In this document: one piece after another, positions 1 through 9,772 of the stretch
How the letters are laid out: the number at the start of each line of letters is the position of its first letter
How positions within the stretch are numbered: position 1 is the first letter of the stretch
NCBI GenBank assembly: GCA_964593285.1
Contig: CAZQHZ010000004.1
Coordinates: 1-64,000 of the forward strand
Direction of reading: 5' to 3'
From: an uncultured Methanosarcinales archaeon
GTDB lineage: Archaea > Nanobdellota > Nanobdellia > Woesearchaeales > DSVV01
Length of the DNA stretch: 64,000 bases
Position numbers and translations under genes: made by a program
The notes under the pieces: model-generated
Database searches by the model: none
The model's input: the letters and a program-made list of their open reading frames with translations, nothing else
What the model was told of the DNA's origin: nothing

Positions 1-9
1 TTTAATATT

Positions 10-333
10 TTGTGGTACATATTTATTTTGATATTAAGTGCAATTCCAATGAATATTGCAGTAAAATTTATGGGTGGTAGATCGTCTATTTTAAAAGTTT
101 TATTTGCAAATTTAGTTTATGCAGTATTATTTTTTTTAATTGAAATGTATGTTGATATTTGGACTATTTTTAGTTTTATTTTAATGATTTTTGTATATAA
201 AGTTATATTTGAAATGGGTTGGATTAGAACTATTTTAGCATGGCTTTTACAGTTTATAATCCTTGCAATTTTTGTAGTTATTTTAGGTTTGTTTGGTATT
301 ACTTTAACTACTGTTGGTTTTTTTATATTATAA
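10..333 (+). CDS. Small multi-pass membrane protein, possibly 5'-partial
   Basis: Hydrophobic 107-aa ORF with about 4 TM segments; frame is open to the window edge. Confidence 0.7.
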   Translation: MWYIFILILSAIPMNIAVKFMGGRSSILKVLFANLVYAVLFFLIEMYVDIWTIFSFILMIFVYKVIFEMGWIRTILAWLLQFIILAIFVVILGLFGITLTTVGFFIL

Positions 334-362
334 TTTTTTTTATGATATAAAAAAATAAAAAA

Positions 363-1538
363 TTAAGAAAAAAATTCTTTTAATTCATTAACTTTATCTG
401 TCTTTTCCCAAGAAAATTCTTCTCTTCCAAAATGTCCATATGCTGCTGTTTGTTTATATATTGGATTTTTTAATTTTAAATGGGTTATTATTCCTTTTGG
501 AGTTAATGGGAATATTTCGTTTATTGCTTTTGAAATTTCTTCACTTTTAAATTTTGATGTATTAAAAGTATTTACATAAATGGATACTGGTTTTGAAACA
601 CCTATTGCATATGCTAATTGAATTTCACATCTTTTTGCAATTTTTGCAGCAACGATATTTTTAGCAATATATCTTGTCATGTATGCAGCACTTCTATCAA
701 CTTTGCTTGGATCTTTTCCAGAAAATGCACCACCACCATGTCTTCCCATACCTCCGTATGTATCAACAATTATTTTTCTTCCAGTAAGTCCTGTATCTCC
801 ATGTGGCCCACCTATAACAAATTTGCCTGTAGGATTTATGTAAATTGTTGTTTCATCATCAAGTAAATTGCCAAGTACTGGTTTTATTATTTTTTCTGTT
901 ATATCTTTTTTTATTGTTTCATATTCAACATCTGGAGAATGCTGTGCTGATATTACTACTGCTGTAACTTTTATTGGTTTTAAATTTTCATCATATTCAA
1001 CTGTTACTTGACTTTTTCCATCAGGTCTTAGATAATCTATAATATTTTTTTTCCTAACTTCTGTTAATTTTTTAGTTAATTTATGTGCAAGCATTATTGG
1101 CATTGGCATTAATTCTTCTGTTTCATCTGTTGCATAACCAAACATCATACCTTGATCGCCTGCGCCTTGCTCTTTAAATAAACCATCTCCTTCACTAACA
1201 CCTTGAGAAATATCTGGGCTTTGACCTTCAACACAATTTAAAACACCACATGAATTACCATTAAGGCCTTTATTACCATCATCATAACCAATTTCAAGAA
1301 TTGTTTCTCTTACAATTTTTGGAATATCAACATATGTATCTGTTGTAACTTCTCCGCCTACTACAACTAAACCAGTTTTAGTAAATGTTTCAATTGCAAC
1401 TCTTGCATCTTTATCATGTGTTAATATGTCATCTAAAATTGAATCAGAAATAATATCGCACATTTTATCTGGATGTCCTTCAGTAACTGATTCAGAACTA
1501 AATAAAAAATTTCCATTTTCTACATTTTTTTCTTCTAT
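363..1538 (-). CDS. metK: S-adenosylmethionine synthetase, bacterial/eukaryotic type
   Basis: Motifs [13 protein letters not shown] (upstream of the track ATG at 1463), GAGDQG and GGGAFSGKD; frame is open to ATA at 1538, preceded by TAA and an AAGGTGA SD. Confidence 0.95.
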   Translation of the reverse strand: MEEKNVENGNFLFSSESVTEGHPDKMCDIISDSILDDILTHDKDARVAIETFTKTGLVVVGGEVTTDTYVDIPKIVRETILEIGYDDGNKGLNGNSCGVLNCVEGQSPDISQGVSEGDGLFKEQGAGDQGMMFGYATDETEELMPMPIMLAHKLTKKLTEVRKKNIIDYLRPDGKSQVTVEYDENLKPIKVTAVVISAQHSPDVEYETIKKDITEKIIKPVLGNLLDDETTIYINPTGKFVIGGPHGDTGLTGRKIIVDTYGGMGRHGGGAFSGKDPSKVDRSAAYMTRYIAKNIVAAKIAKRCEIQLAYAIGVSKPVSIYVNTFNTSKFKSEEISKAINEIFPLTPKGIITHLKLKNPIYKQTAAYGHFGREEFSWEKTDKVNELKEFFS

Positions 1539-1606
1539 TTAAATCACCTTTTTAATTTTTTATATATTTAAATTTTTAAATAATATAAAAAACCTATTGA
1601 TAGTAA

Positions 1607-1622
1607 TATTCCAATTGGAATA
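1607..1622. promoter_or_regulatory. Perfect 16-bp palindrome, candidate operator between divergent metK and HTH-CBS gene
   Basis: TATTCCAATTGGAATA is its own reverse complement. Confidence 0.6.
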
Positions 1623-1654
1623 AATTTAAATAAAATAAATTACTCTTATAAATT

Positions 1655-2197
1655 ATGATTGAAGATATTAAAGACATAAAAAGAATTAGAAAAAACATTA
1701 ATATAACGCAAAAACAACTAGCAGAGTCTTCTCAAGTTTCACAATCCTTAATTGCAAAAATTGAATCTGGAAGAATTGATCCAGCTTATTCTAAGGTTAG
1801 AAAGATAAATCAGGCATTAATTTCATTAACTTCAAAAAATGAAAAAAAAGCAATTGATTTAATGAATAAAAAGATAATTACGTCAAATATAGATGATTCT
1901 ATAAAATATACTATTAAAAAAATGAAACAATATAATATTTCCCAAATTCCTGTTTTTCAAGATAGACAATTGATTGGAATAATTGCAGAACATGACATTT
2001 TAGATGCAATCACAAATAATTTTGATATTAATGAAAAAATAGAAAAAATAATAAATGAATCACCTCCAATTATTTCAAAAAATACGGGGATTAGAATAAT
2101 ACAAGAATTATTAAAGCAACACACATTAATTATGGTATTTGAAAAAGGAAGGTACATTGGGTTGATAACTAAAGTAGATTTATTGAATGTTTATTAA
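1655..2197 (+). CDS. XRE-HTH + CBS-pair transcriptional regulator (COG3620-like)
   Basis: TQKQLAESSQVSQSLIAKIESGRIDP HTH followed by two CBS repeats. Confidence 0.9.
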   Translation: MIEDIKDIKRIRKNINITQKQLAESSQVSQSLIAKIESGRIDPAYSKVRKINQALISLTSKNEKKAIDLMNKKIITSNIDDSIKYTIKKMKQYNISQIPVFQDRQLIGIIAEHDILDAITNNFDINEKIEKIINESPPIISKNTGIRIIQELLKQHTLIMVFEKGRYIGLITKVDLLNVY

Positions 2198-2257
2198 TTG
2201 AAAATTTTAATTAATTTTTAAAAAAATTTATTAATAAAATATACTTTCTAGATAATT

Positions 2258-3076
2258 ATGTATAAAGCTATTAGTAATTATAATGCTTGTAATGATTGTC
2301 TTAGTCATAAGTATTCTAAAGCATCATTACTACAACCATATAAAAAACTAGAAATGGATGCTTATTTAAATCAAACTCCAACATATAGTGCAATGCCATT
2401 AAAAACTGCAACGAATTATTTTTTAAACAACTATATTCGTAGTGCTTCAAAATTTTATAATACTACAAAAATAACTGATTTGCGAAAAAATTTAAATGTT
2501 ACACGTGAAGGATTGAGTAAAATAATTAAAAAGACAAATACTTCACTTGATGATATAGCAAAAACTGTAAATAATAGTGCCAATACAAATTATTTTACTA
2601 CTAATTTTACTACTAATTTTGTTACTAATTTTAAGAATGATATAAAAGATCCAATTGAAAGATATTTTGCTTTAAATGCAAGTAAAAATGGTTTTGATTT
2701 AAAAGAAGATACATCATTATTTAAACAAACTTATGCAAATAATGTGGCACGAACATTTGGATTTTATAATGCTGCAAAAGAATTTGGATATGATGTTGCA
2801 ATTGAATTAAAACAAAATGAAGTTATAAAACATGGTATTAATGATGCAGCAAAAGCTTTAAAAATTTCTACTAGAAGAATGCAAGATTTTGTTAAACAGT
2901 ATTATACTGGGGTAAAAGGTTCAATTGAAAAAATTATTACCGATGAAAATATTGATGAATTTAAAGCTGATTCTTTTAAACAAAAAGAAACCGAATTAGA
3001 AAAAGCAGAAAAACAACGAGTAAAAGAAATAAAGCAAAATGAGCAAAAGGAAAAAGAAAAAATTAAATATCTTTGA
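2258..3076 (+). CDS. Hypothetical protein with two possible HTH motifs
   Basis: ITDLRKNLNVTREGLSKIIK and INDAAKALKISTRRMQDFVK resemble Fis-like HTHs. Confidence 0.55.
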   Translation: MYKAISNYNACNDCLSHKYSKASLLQPYKKLEMDAYLNQTPTYSAMPLKTATNYFLNNYIRSASKFYNTTKITDLRKNLNVTREGLSKIIKKTNTSLDDIAKTVNNSANTNYFTTNFTTNFVTNFKNDIKDPIERYFALNASKNGFDLKEDTSLFKQTYANNVARTFGFYNAAKEFGYDVAIELKQNEVIKHGINDAAKALKISTRRMQDFVKQYYTGVKGSIEKIITDENIDEFKADSFKQKETELEKAEKQRVKEIKQNEQKEKEKIKYL

Positions 3077-3149
3077 TAATGATTTAAAAGCTGTTTGAGG
3101 AAATTTTGTTCACATCACTTTATAAACAAATTTTACTTTTCTATAAAAT

Positions 3150-4661
3150 ATGGAATCTATAAATAAATCTATTGACAATTCCTTTGGTCAAAAAAATTTA
3201 CAAATAGATTGTAGTATGTCAACTATTATGTATTCAATAAATTTTAATGAAGGAAAAGCACTTGGATGTCTTTTTTCTCCAGATAATAAAAATGTTTACA
3301 ATTTAATGTTTTTGTATAATGATTTAAATGATTTTAAAAAATTAAACAAGAGTTTTAATGCAGAAAATTTTTCACTATTAGAAGAGTTACTAAAAAAAGA
3401 AAAATCATTTCAATATTTTCCTATTAAAGATTTAACTATTAATAATAATGTAGATGATAAAAATAATTATAATTTTAATAATAAAAACAATTTATTAATT
3501 AATAATGTTTTAATTAATTATATGCAAAATATATTTAATTTAACTTACGATGGCAATTCTCATCAAAAAAAGAAAAATTTAACTACGAATTTGATTTCAG
3601 ATAATAAAAAAACACTAGAAAATTTGATAAAAATTCCAATAACAAATGAATATTCGATTCAAAAATTAAAATCTAGTAATAATTTGATGTATGATGAAAA
3701 TAATACTAAAAACAATAAAATTTTGAAAAATAATCTATATCAAACATTTAAACAAAACAATTTAGCTTATAATAATCTTGAAAATAGATTAATGAGTAAT
3801 GATCCAAAAAATCTTCAAAGCAATAAAAATGTTTATAAACTACCAAAAGCAGATTATAAAAATTCTATAAAATTACAAAAAACTCCAAAGCCAATTAATA
3901 ATCTTTTAAAAAATCAAACATATAAAAGTGATAAATTAAAAGTAATGCCTTATAAAGATAATAATTTATCTTATAAAAAGAATTTAGAAAATAAATTAGT
4001 AGCTAATTATAAAAAAAATAAAACACCTTATAGAGCTTTAAATCAAGCTAAAAAAGATAATATTTATGCATTACCAAAGATTGAAAGTAAAAATAAATTT
4101 GTAAAAGAAAAAATAAAATCAGATGATTTAATTAAAGAGTATAATGGTAAAAGTAACTATAATAATACAACTAAGCAAAATATAAAAAATTCTGTTTATA
4201 GCATTCCAAAAGCATATGATAGTGAAAAATTAAAAGTAAGACCTTATAAAAAAGACACTAAATCACAAACAAGTTATAATACTCAAAGCATTGTAGATAA
4301 ATTAAAAAATAATTATAATTCAATAAAAAAAGATAAAATGCCTAAAGCTTATAGCAGTGTAGATAAAATAATTTCAAATGATAAAAAACAAAAAGAAAAT
4401 TATTTTAAAAATTTAATACCAAAACCAAAATCTTCATCTAATTATAAAAATCCAATAATTGTTAAAAAAAATAATTATACAAAACCACAAAAAGCTTTAA
4501 TGCCTTATAATGCTAACAGTAATTTATATAATTTAAAGGCACTACCTCAAGGAAAACCATATCAAAAAGCACTGCCACCTTCTTTATCTAGTAATGTTTT
4601 AAATATGCCTAAAGCAAATTATGCTTTATCTACTGGATATAGCATTGGTGGTAAGAAATAA
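3150..4661 (+). CDS. Hypothetical Asn/Lys/Tyr-rich low-complexity protein
   Basis: 503-aa ORF with recurring short motifs (YxLPKA, KLKVxPY, KALP). Confidence 0.65.
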   Translation: MESINKSIDNSFGQKNLQIDCSMSTIMYSINFNEGKALGCLFSPDNKNVYNLMFLYNDLNDFKKLNKSFNAENFSLLEELLKKEKSFQYFPIKDLTINNNVDDKNNYNFNNKNNLLINNVLINYMQNIFNLTYDGNSHQKKKNLTTNLISDNKKTLENLIKIPITNEYSIQKLKSSNNLMYDENNTKNNKILKNNLYQTFKQNNLAYNNLENRLMSNDPKNLQSNKNVYKLPKADYKNSIKLQKTPKPINNLLKNQTYKSDKLKVMPYKDNNLSYKKNLENKLVANYKKNKTPYRALNQAKKDNIYALPKIESKNKFVKEKIKSDDLIKEYNGKSNYNNTTKQNIKNSVYSIPKAYDSEKLKVRPYKKDTKSQTSYNTQSIVDKLKNNYNSIKKDKMPKAYSSVDKIISNDKKQKENYFKNLIPKPKSSSNYKNPIIVKKNNYTKPQKALMPYNANSNLYNLKALPQGKPYQKALPPSLSSNVLNMPKANYALSTGYSIGGKK

Positions 4662-4711
4662 TTAATAAGTATTAATTAATAATTAAATAATAATTAAAAA
4701 AAATAAAAAAA

Positions 4712-5641
4712 TTATTCATATTTTTTCTTTTTTTTGGTTTTTTTAATGTCTTTTTCAAGTCCTAATTCATCTAATAATTCTTTATATCTGTTTCTTATAG
4801 TAACTTCAGTAACCCCAGCAACATCTGCAACTTCTCTTTGTGTTCGTTTTTCTCCATGTATTAATGAGGATACATATAATGCAGCAGCTGCAATTCCTGT
4901 TGGACCTCTACCTGATGTTAATTCAGATTTTTGAGCCATCTCTAAAATTTCAATAGATTTTGATTGAGTTTCAGGTGACAATTTTAATGATGATGAAAAT
5001 CTCGCAATGTAGTCTGCTGGATTACTTGGTAGGATTGTAATTCCTAATTCTCTTGTAATGAATCTATAAGTTCTTCCAATTTCTTTTTTTTCAATTCCAC
5101 TAGCTTCAGATAATTCATCTAATGTTCTTGGAACATCATGTCGTCTGCATGCAGCATATAAACTTCCTGCAACAACACTTTCCATGCTTCTTCCTCGAAC
5201 TAACCCACGCTGTACTGCCAATGTATAAACTCTTGCAGCTTCTTCTTCAACAGATTCTGGTAATTTTAAGTACGAACTAACTCTTTTTAATTCAGCAAGT
5301 GCTAATTTTAAATTTCGTTCAATTGCAGTTGATATTCTATATTGCCACTTTCTTAGTCTAAAGAATTTATTTCTATCTTTATTTTTTAATTGATATAAAT
5401 CAGCTTTTCGTCCAACTTCAGTTCCAAGACCTCTATCATATTGTGTATAAGTCATTGGAGCTCCAGTTCTTCTCTTTTTAGCTCCTTTATCATCGTCGAA
5501 TTCTCGCCATTCTTGACCAAAATCAACCATCTTATCTTCAATTACAAGTCCGCATTCTTTACAAATAACTTCACCTTTATCTTTATTCCAGAACAAATTT
5601 ATTCCAGCACATTCTGGACATTTTTTTACATAGTGACTCAT
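4712..5641 (-). CDS. tfb: Transcription initiation factor IIB
   Basis: Zn ribbon CPEC..CKECG, EWREF B-reader, cyclin repeats, GVTEVTIRNRYKEL. Confidence 0.97.
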   Translation of the reverse strand: MSHYVKKCPECAGINLFWNKDKGEVICKECGLVIEDKMVDFGQEWREFDDDKGAKKRRTGAPMTYTQYDRGLGTEVGRKADLYQLKNKDRNKFFRLRKWQYRISTAIERNLKLALAELKRVSSYLKLPESVEEEAARVYTLAVQRGLVRGRSMESVVAGSLYAACRRHDVPRTLDELSEASGIEKKEIGRTYRFITRELGITILPSNPADYIARFSSSLKLSPETQSKSIEILEMAQKSELTSGRGPTGIAAAALYVSSLIHGEKRTQREVADVAGVTEVTIRNRYKELLDELGLEKDIKKTKKKKKYE

Positions 5642-5890
5642 TTTAAATTACCCCCCAAATGTTTAAAATTATAATTTGAATATACTTTTTTCAAAAGTTA
5701 TATTAAAAATTAATTAAATTTATAAATAGAGTTGATTTTATATTTATAAATGTTTTGTTTTTTTGTTGAAAAATCATAATCTTTTTATATTACTTATTAA
5801 ATTAATTTATAAATATTTAGTAAAAAATTTTTTTTAATTTTTTATAATTAACTAATAACAAATTTTACTAAAAATAGGTGTGATTTAGAA

Positions 5891-7597
5891 ATGGAAGTTT
5901 TTTTAGAGCTTAGTATTTTAATAACTATTACAACAATTATTGCTATTCTAGTCAAGGTACTAAGGCAACCTTTAATTATTGGTTATATATTAACAGGTGT
6001 AATTGCAGGTCCATATTTGTTTAATATTATTAAATCCGAAGATATTATTTCAATTTTTTCTGAAATAGGAATTGCCTTATTGTTATTTATTGTAGGAATT
6101 CATCTAAATCCAAGGGTAATTAAAGAGGTTGGATTAGTTTCGTTAGTTACAGGAGTTGGACAAGTTTTATTTACTTCTATTATCGGTTTTTTTATAGGTA
6201 TGGCTCTTGGTTTAACAGTTATTGAATCTATTTTTGTAAGTATTGCATTTGCATTTAGTAGTACAATTGTTATTATGAAATTATTAACTGATAAAGGAGA
6301 TACTGAGAAATTATATGGTAAAATTGCAATTGGTTTTTTAATTGTGCAAGATTTTATTGCAATTTTTATTTTAATGATAATTACATCACTTGGTGGTGAT
6401 TTTACTTTTGCAAATTTTGCTTTTCATACATTATTAATTGGCACTATACTTTTAATTCTTTTAATTTTTATTAGTATATATGTTCTTCCTGGTTTAACAA
6501 AAATAATTGCAAAATCTCAAGAATTATTATTGTTATTTTCAATTAGCTGGGCATTAGCATTAGCATCACTTTTTTATTATTTTGGCTTTTCAATGGAAAT
6601 TGGAGCATTACTTGCTGGTATTACTTTATCTATGTCTCCATATAGACATGAAATTGGATTTAAAATGAGACCAATTAGAGATTTTTTTATTGTATTATTT
6701 TTTATATTTTTAGGCTTTAACATGGAATTTTCTAATTTACATGAATATTTATTGCATATTATTGTTTTTTCATTTTTTATATTGATTGGAAATCCGCTAA
6801 TAGTTATTATTTTGATGGGCTTACTTGGTTATACTAAAAGAAATTCATTTTTTGCAGGGTTAACTGTTGCACAAATTAGTGAATTTTCATTAATTGTAGT
6901 TTTAATGGCAATAAATCAAAATTTTTTAGATGAAAAAGTTTTATCTTTTATAACCGCAATTTTATTGATAACAATTGCAGGCTCTAGTTATATGATAATT
7001 TATAGTAATAAAATATATCCTTATATTTCAAATTTTCTTTCATTATTTGAACGAAAGGGTAGGAAAAAAGATCAGCATAATTTATATGAAGATAATTCAC
7101 ATGATATAATTTTATTTGGTTATGATAGAATAGGATTTAATCTAATGGAATCTTTTAAAAAAATAAGATCAAAATTTTTAATAATTGATCATAATCCAGA
7201 AAAAATAATCTCACTTGCAAAACAAAAAATAGATGCAAGATATGGTGATGCAACAGATGTTGAATTGTTAAATGATATTAATTTTAAAAATAGTAGAATG
7301 GTTGTATCAACTATAAACGATTTTGAGAGTAATTTGTTAATTACAACAAAAGTTAGACAAATTAATAAAAATATAATAATTATTGCAGTTTCCCATAGTA
7401 TTGATAATTCTATCGAATTATATTCAAAAGGTGCAACATATGTTATAATGCCTCATTTTTTAGGTGGAACTCATGCCTCAACTTTAATTGAAAAGTATAT
7501 GTTTGATCCAGATAAATTTATAAAGGAAAAAATTGAACATATAGAGCATTTAAAAAGACGAAGGCAAAAAGGTCATGAACATCCAAAGCATAAATAA
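5891..7597 (+). CDS. Kef-type CPA2 K+/H+ antiporter with C-terminal TrkA-N (RCK) domain
   Basis: IGIALLLFIVG, SSTIV, VQD, QISEFS motifs; C-terminal GYDRIG and YGDAT. Confidence 0.9.
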   Translation: MEVFLELSILITITTIIAILVKVLRQPLIIGYILTGVIAGPYLFNIIKSEDIISIFSEIGIALLLFIVGIHLNPRVIKEVGLVSLVTGVGQVLFTSIIGFFIGMALGLTVIESIFVSIAFAFSSTIVIMKLLTDKGDTEKLYGKIAIGFLIVQDFIAIFILMIITSLGGDFTFANFAFHTLLIGTILLILLIFISIYVLPGLTKIIAKSQELLLLFSISWALALASLFYYFGFSMEIGALLAGITLSMSPYRHEIGFKMRPIRDFFIVLFFIFLGFNMEFSNLHEYLLHIIVFSFFILIGNPLIVIILMGLLGYTKRNSFFAGLTVAQISEFSLIVVLMAINQNFLDEKVLSFITAILLITIAGSSYMIIYSNKIYPYISNFLSLFERKGRKKDQHNLYEDNSHDIILFGYDRIGFNLMESFKKIRSKFLIIDHNPEKIISLAKQKIDARYGDATDVELLNDINFKNSRMVVSTINDFESNLLITTKVRQINKNIIIIAVSHSIDNSIELYSKGATYVIMPHFLGGTHASTLIEKYMFDPDKFIKEKIEHIEHLKRRRQKGHEHPKHK

Positions 7598-7873
7598 TTA
7601 TAAAATATTATTAAATTTTAGTAACTAATATTGTTATTTTTATAAAATTTATAAATTGTTTTTTAAATTTTTGTATGTTTTCTGATATTGATTTATATTT
7701 TCTAATTTGAATTAATCATGAATCATTAAATACATATCCGTAAGGACTAATATTTTTTAGAAATATTTAGATATAGTTTTCTTAATTTATAATTTAATAA
7801 ATAGTTTTTTGATAAAAATAATTTTTAATTTTTTTATTTATCTTGCTATTTTTTTTTCAATTTATTAAATTGT

Positions 7874-8869
7874 TTATCGAAACATATTACTAACTAAAAA
7901 TCTTGCAATAAATAAAATTACTAAACTTGCAATCGTTATTAATGGAACATATCTAAGTCCGTGCGTTTTGTTTCCTTCTTCTAAAACTCCAATTAGAATC
8001 GATGCGAAAATTGATGTTGCAACTATCATAAATACAGACATCCAAAAAATAAATTTTGAAGATATTGCAATACCACCACCCATTAAACCTAAATCAAATT
8101 CATCTTCTGTTTCTATTTCTGTTTGTGTTTCGGGTTGATCTCCGCCCATACCCTCCATTATATCAACGAAATGAAGAGATACAGAATAAAGCATTGGTGC
8201 ACCAATAATTACTGTAAATAAAATAAACATAGTGTATGTTTTAGTTCCAGTTGCTAGTGCTTTTTTTAAAGATCTAGTTTCTGAAATGTCTTTTGCGGTT
8301 TCTTCCATTAAATCAGCCATGTGACTTCCTGCTTTCATTGATGTAATAAATAAAACAACAATTCTTGAAACTAATTTAGATTTTAATCTATTTGAAAATT
8401 CTAGTAATGAATTTTTAAAACTTTTCGCGCCAAGCGATTTAGTTGTTACAATTTCTATTTCTCTTTTTAATGGACCAAATTCTTCTCTTGCAGAAGATTT
8501 TAGTGCTTGGAAAGGGGTATAACCTGCACGCATGTTTGATGATACTAAATGCAAAAAATCAGGCATTACTTTTTCGATATGTTCTTTTCTATCTTCAACT
8601 TTAAAGTAAATCAATATATAATCAATAAAAATAATTGAAATGAATACAATAATTCCAATTGAAATAGACCAAATGAAATATTGATTAAAATAATAATAAA
8701 ATATAATATTGGTAGTTAAATAAATAAAAATTAAAAAGCAAAATAATTTTCCAAGTTTTATTTCAACATTATAATTTTTTTCAAGTAACTTAATAAAATC
8801 TTTATAATTATTTTTAAATTTAGCTGGAAAAAAACTACCAATTTTTCTAAAAAAATTTTCTAAAACCAT
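7874..8869 (-). CDS. Type IV pilus platform membrane protein (TadC/T2SSF family)
   Basis: MPDFLHLVSSNMRAG, EFGPLKREI, multiple TM helices; follows TadB-like gene. Confidence 0.88.
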   Translation of the reverse strand: MVLENFFRKIGSFFPAKFKNNYKDFIKLLEKNYNVEIKLGKLFCFLIFIYLTTNIIFYYYFNQYFIWSISIGIIVFISIIFIDYILIYFKVEDRKEHIEKVMPDFLHLVSSNMRAGYTPFQALKSSAREEFGPLKREIEIVTTKSLGAKSFKNSLLEFSNRLKSKLVSRIVVLFITSMKAGSHMADLMEETAKDISETRSLKKALATGTKTYTMFILFTVIIGAPMLYSVSLHFVDIMEGMGGDQPETQTEIETEDEFDLGLMGGGIAISSKFIFWMSVFMIVATSIFASILIGVLEEGNKTHGLRYVPLITIASLVILFIARFLVSNMFR

Positions 8870-8875
8870 TTTTTT

Positions 8876-9772
8876 TTACATATTAATTGCAGGTCTTCTT
8901 GATTGAATCAATCCAATTATTATAATTTGAACAAATAAGCACATAACTCCAAATGTAATAAATGTTATTTCATTTAATCCACCACCTGAAAAACTGGTTA
9001 AAATAAGCATTACTGTTGAACCAATAGTTGGGATTGCAACCGCAAATAACATGTAAATTAAAGACCACATATTAAGTTCTTGTGCATATCCTTTAATTTT
9101 ATCTTTATGATTTGAAAGCATATCATCAATAACAATTTTAAGAGCAGTTTTTAAATTACTACCAGATTTTATTACATTTAAAATTTGCCAGACAGTTCTT
9201 TTTAAAAAATCAGAGTTATTTCGTAAAACCATCTCTTCTAAAGCTTTTTCCATACTCATTCCAGATTGAACATTTTTTGCAGTTTTATCAAATTCTAAGC
9301 TAACTTGACCATAATTAGCTTTGCTTACAGCAACCATTGAATCAAATAAGGGTTTACCTGCACTTACTTGAAGTAATAAATCTTTTAGTGCAAAAACTAA
9401 ATTTTTTTCAATCTCTTCGGTTTTTTTACCTGCAATAATTGAAGGATATCTAATTGTTACAAGTAGTATTATAAAAAACAAAAAAAATCCAAGACCTAAT
9501 GCAAAGTAAATTGATTCAATAAAACTTCTAGCTTCAAGAATTATTAAAAGTGAAAATAAAAAAATTGAAATAAATATAAACCATAAAATTGAATTAAAGA
9601 ACATATGAGTAAAAAATTCATCTGTTTTGTATTTTAGATTTGTTGTTTTTAAAGCAAATTTAGTGTCAGGAAAAATTTTATTTAAAAAATTAGAAATAAA
9701 TTTTGCTCTTTTAGAAAAATTAACTGCAGGTTTTAGTGGAAAATAAACAAAAGGAATCCTTTCATTCTTCAT
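8876..9772 (-). CDS. Type IV pilus platform membrane protein (TadB/T2SSF family)
   Basis: IEKNLVFALKDLL..SAG, YGQVSLEF, TM helices; overlaps the ATPase stop. Confidence 0.88.
   Translation of the reverse strand: MKNERIPFVYFPLKPAVNFSKRAKFISNFLNKIFPDTKFALKTTNLKYKTDEFFTHMFFNSILWFIFISIFLFSLLIILEARSFIESIYFALGLGFFLFFIILLVTIRYPSIIAGKKTEEIEKNLVFALKDLLLQVSAGKPLFDSMVAVSKANYGQVSLEFDKTAKNVQSGMSMEKALEEMVLRNNSDFLKRTVWQILNVIKSGSNLKTALKIVIDDMLSNHKDKIKGYAQELNMWSLIYMLFAVAIPTIGSTVMLILTSFSGGGLNEITFITFGVMCLFVQIIIIGLIQSRRPAINM

Noticed and set aside
7598..7873. Possible small ORF or remnant between the antiporter and tadC
   Set aside because: Frames are broken by stops and no motif is recognisable
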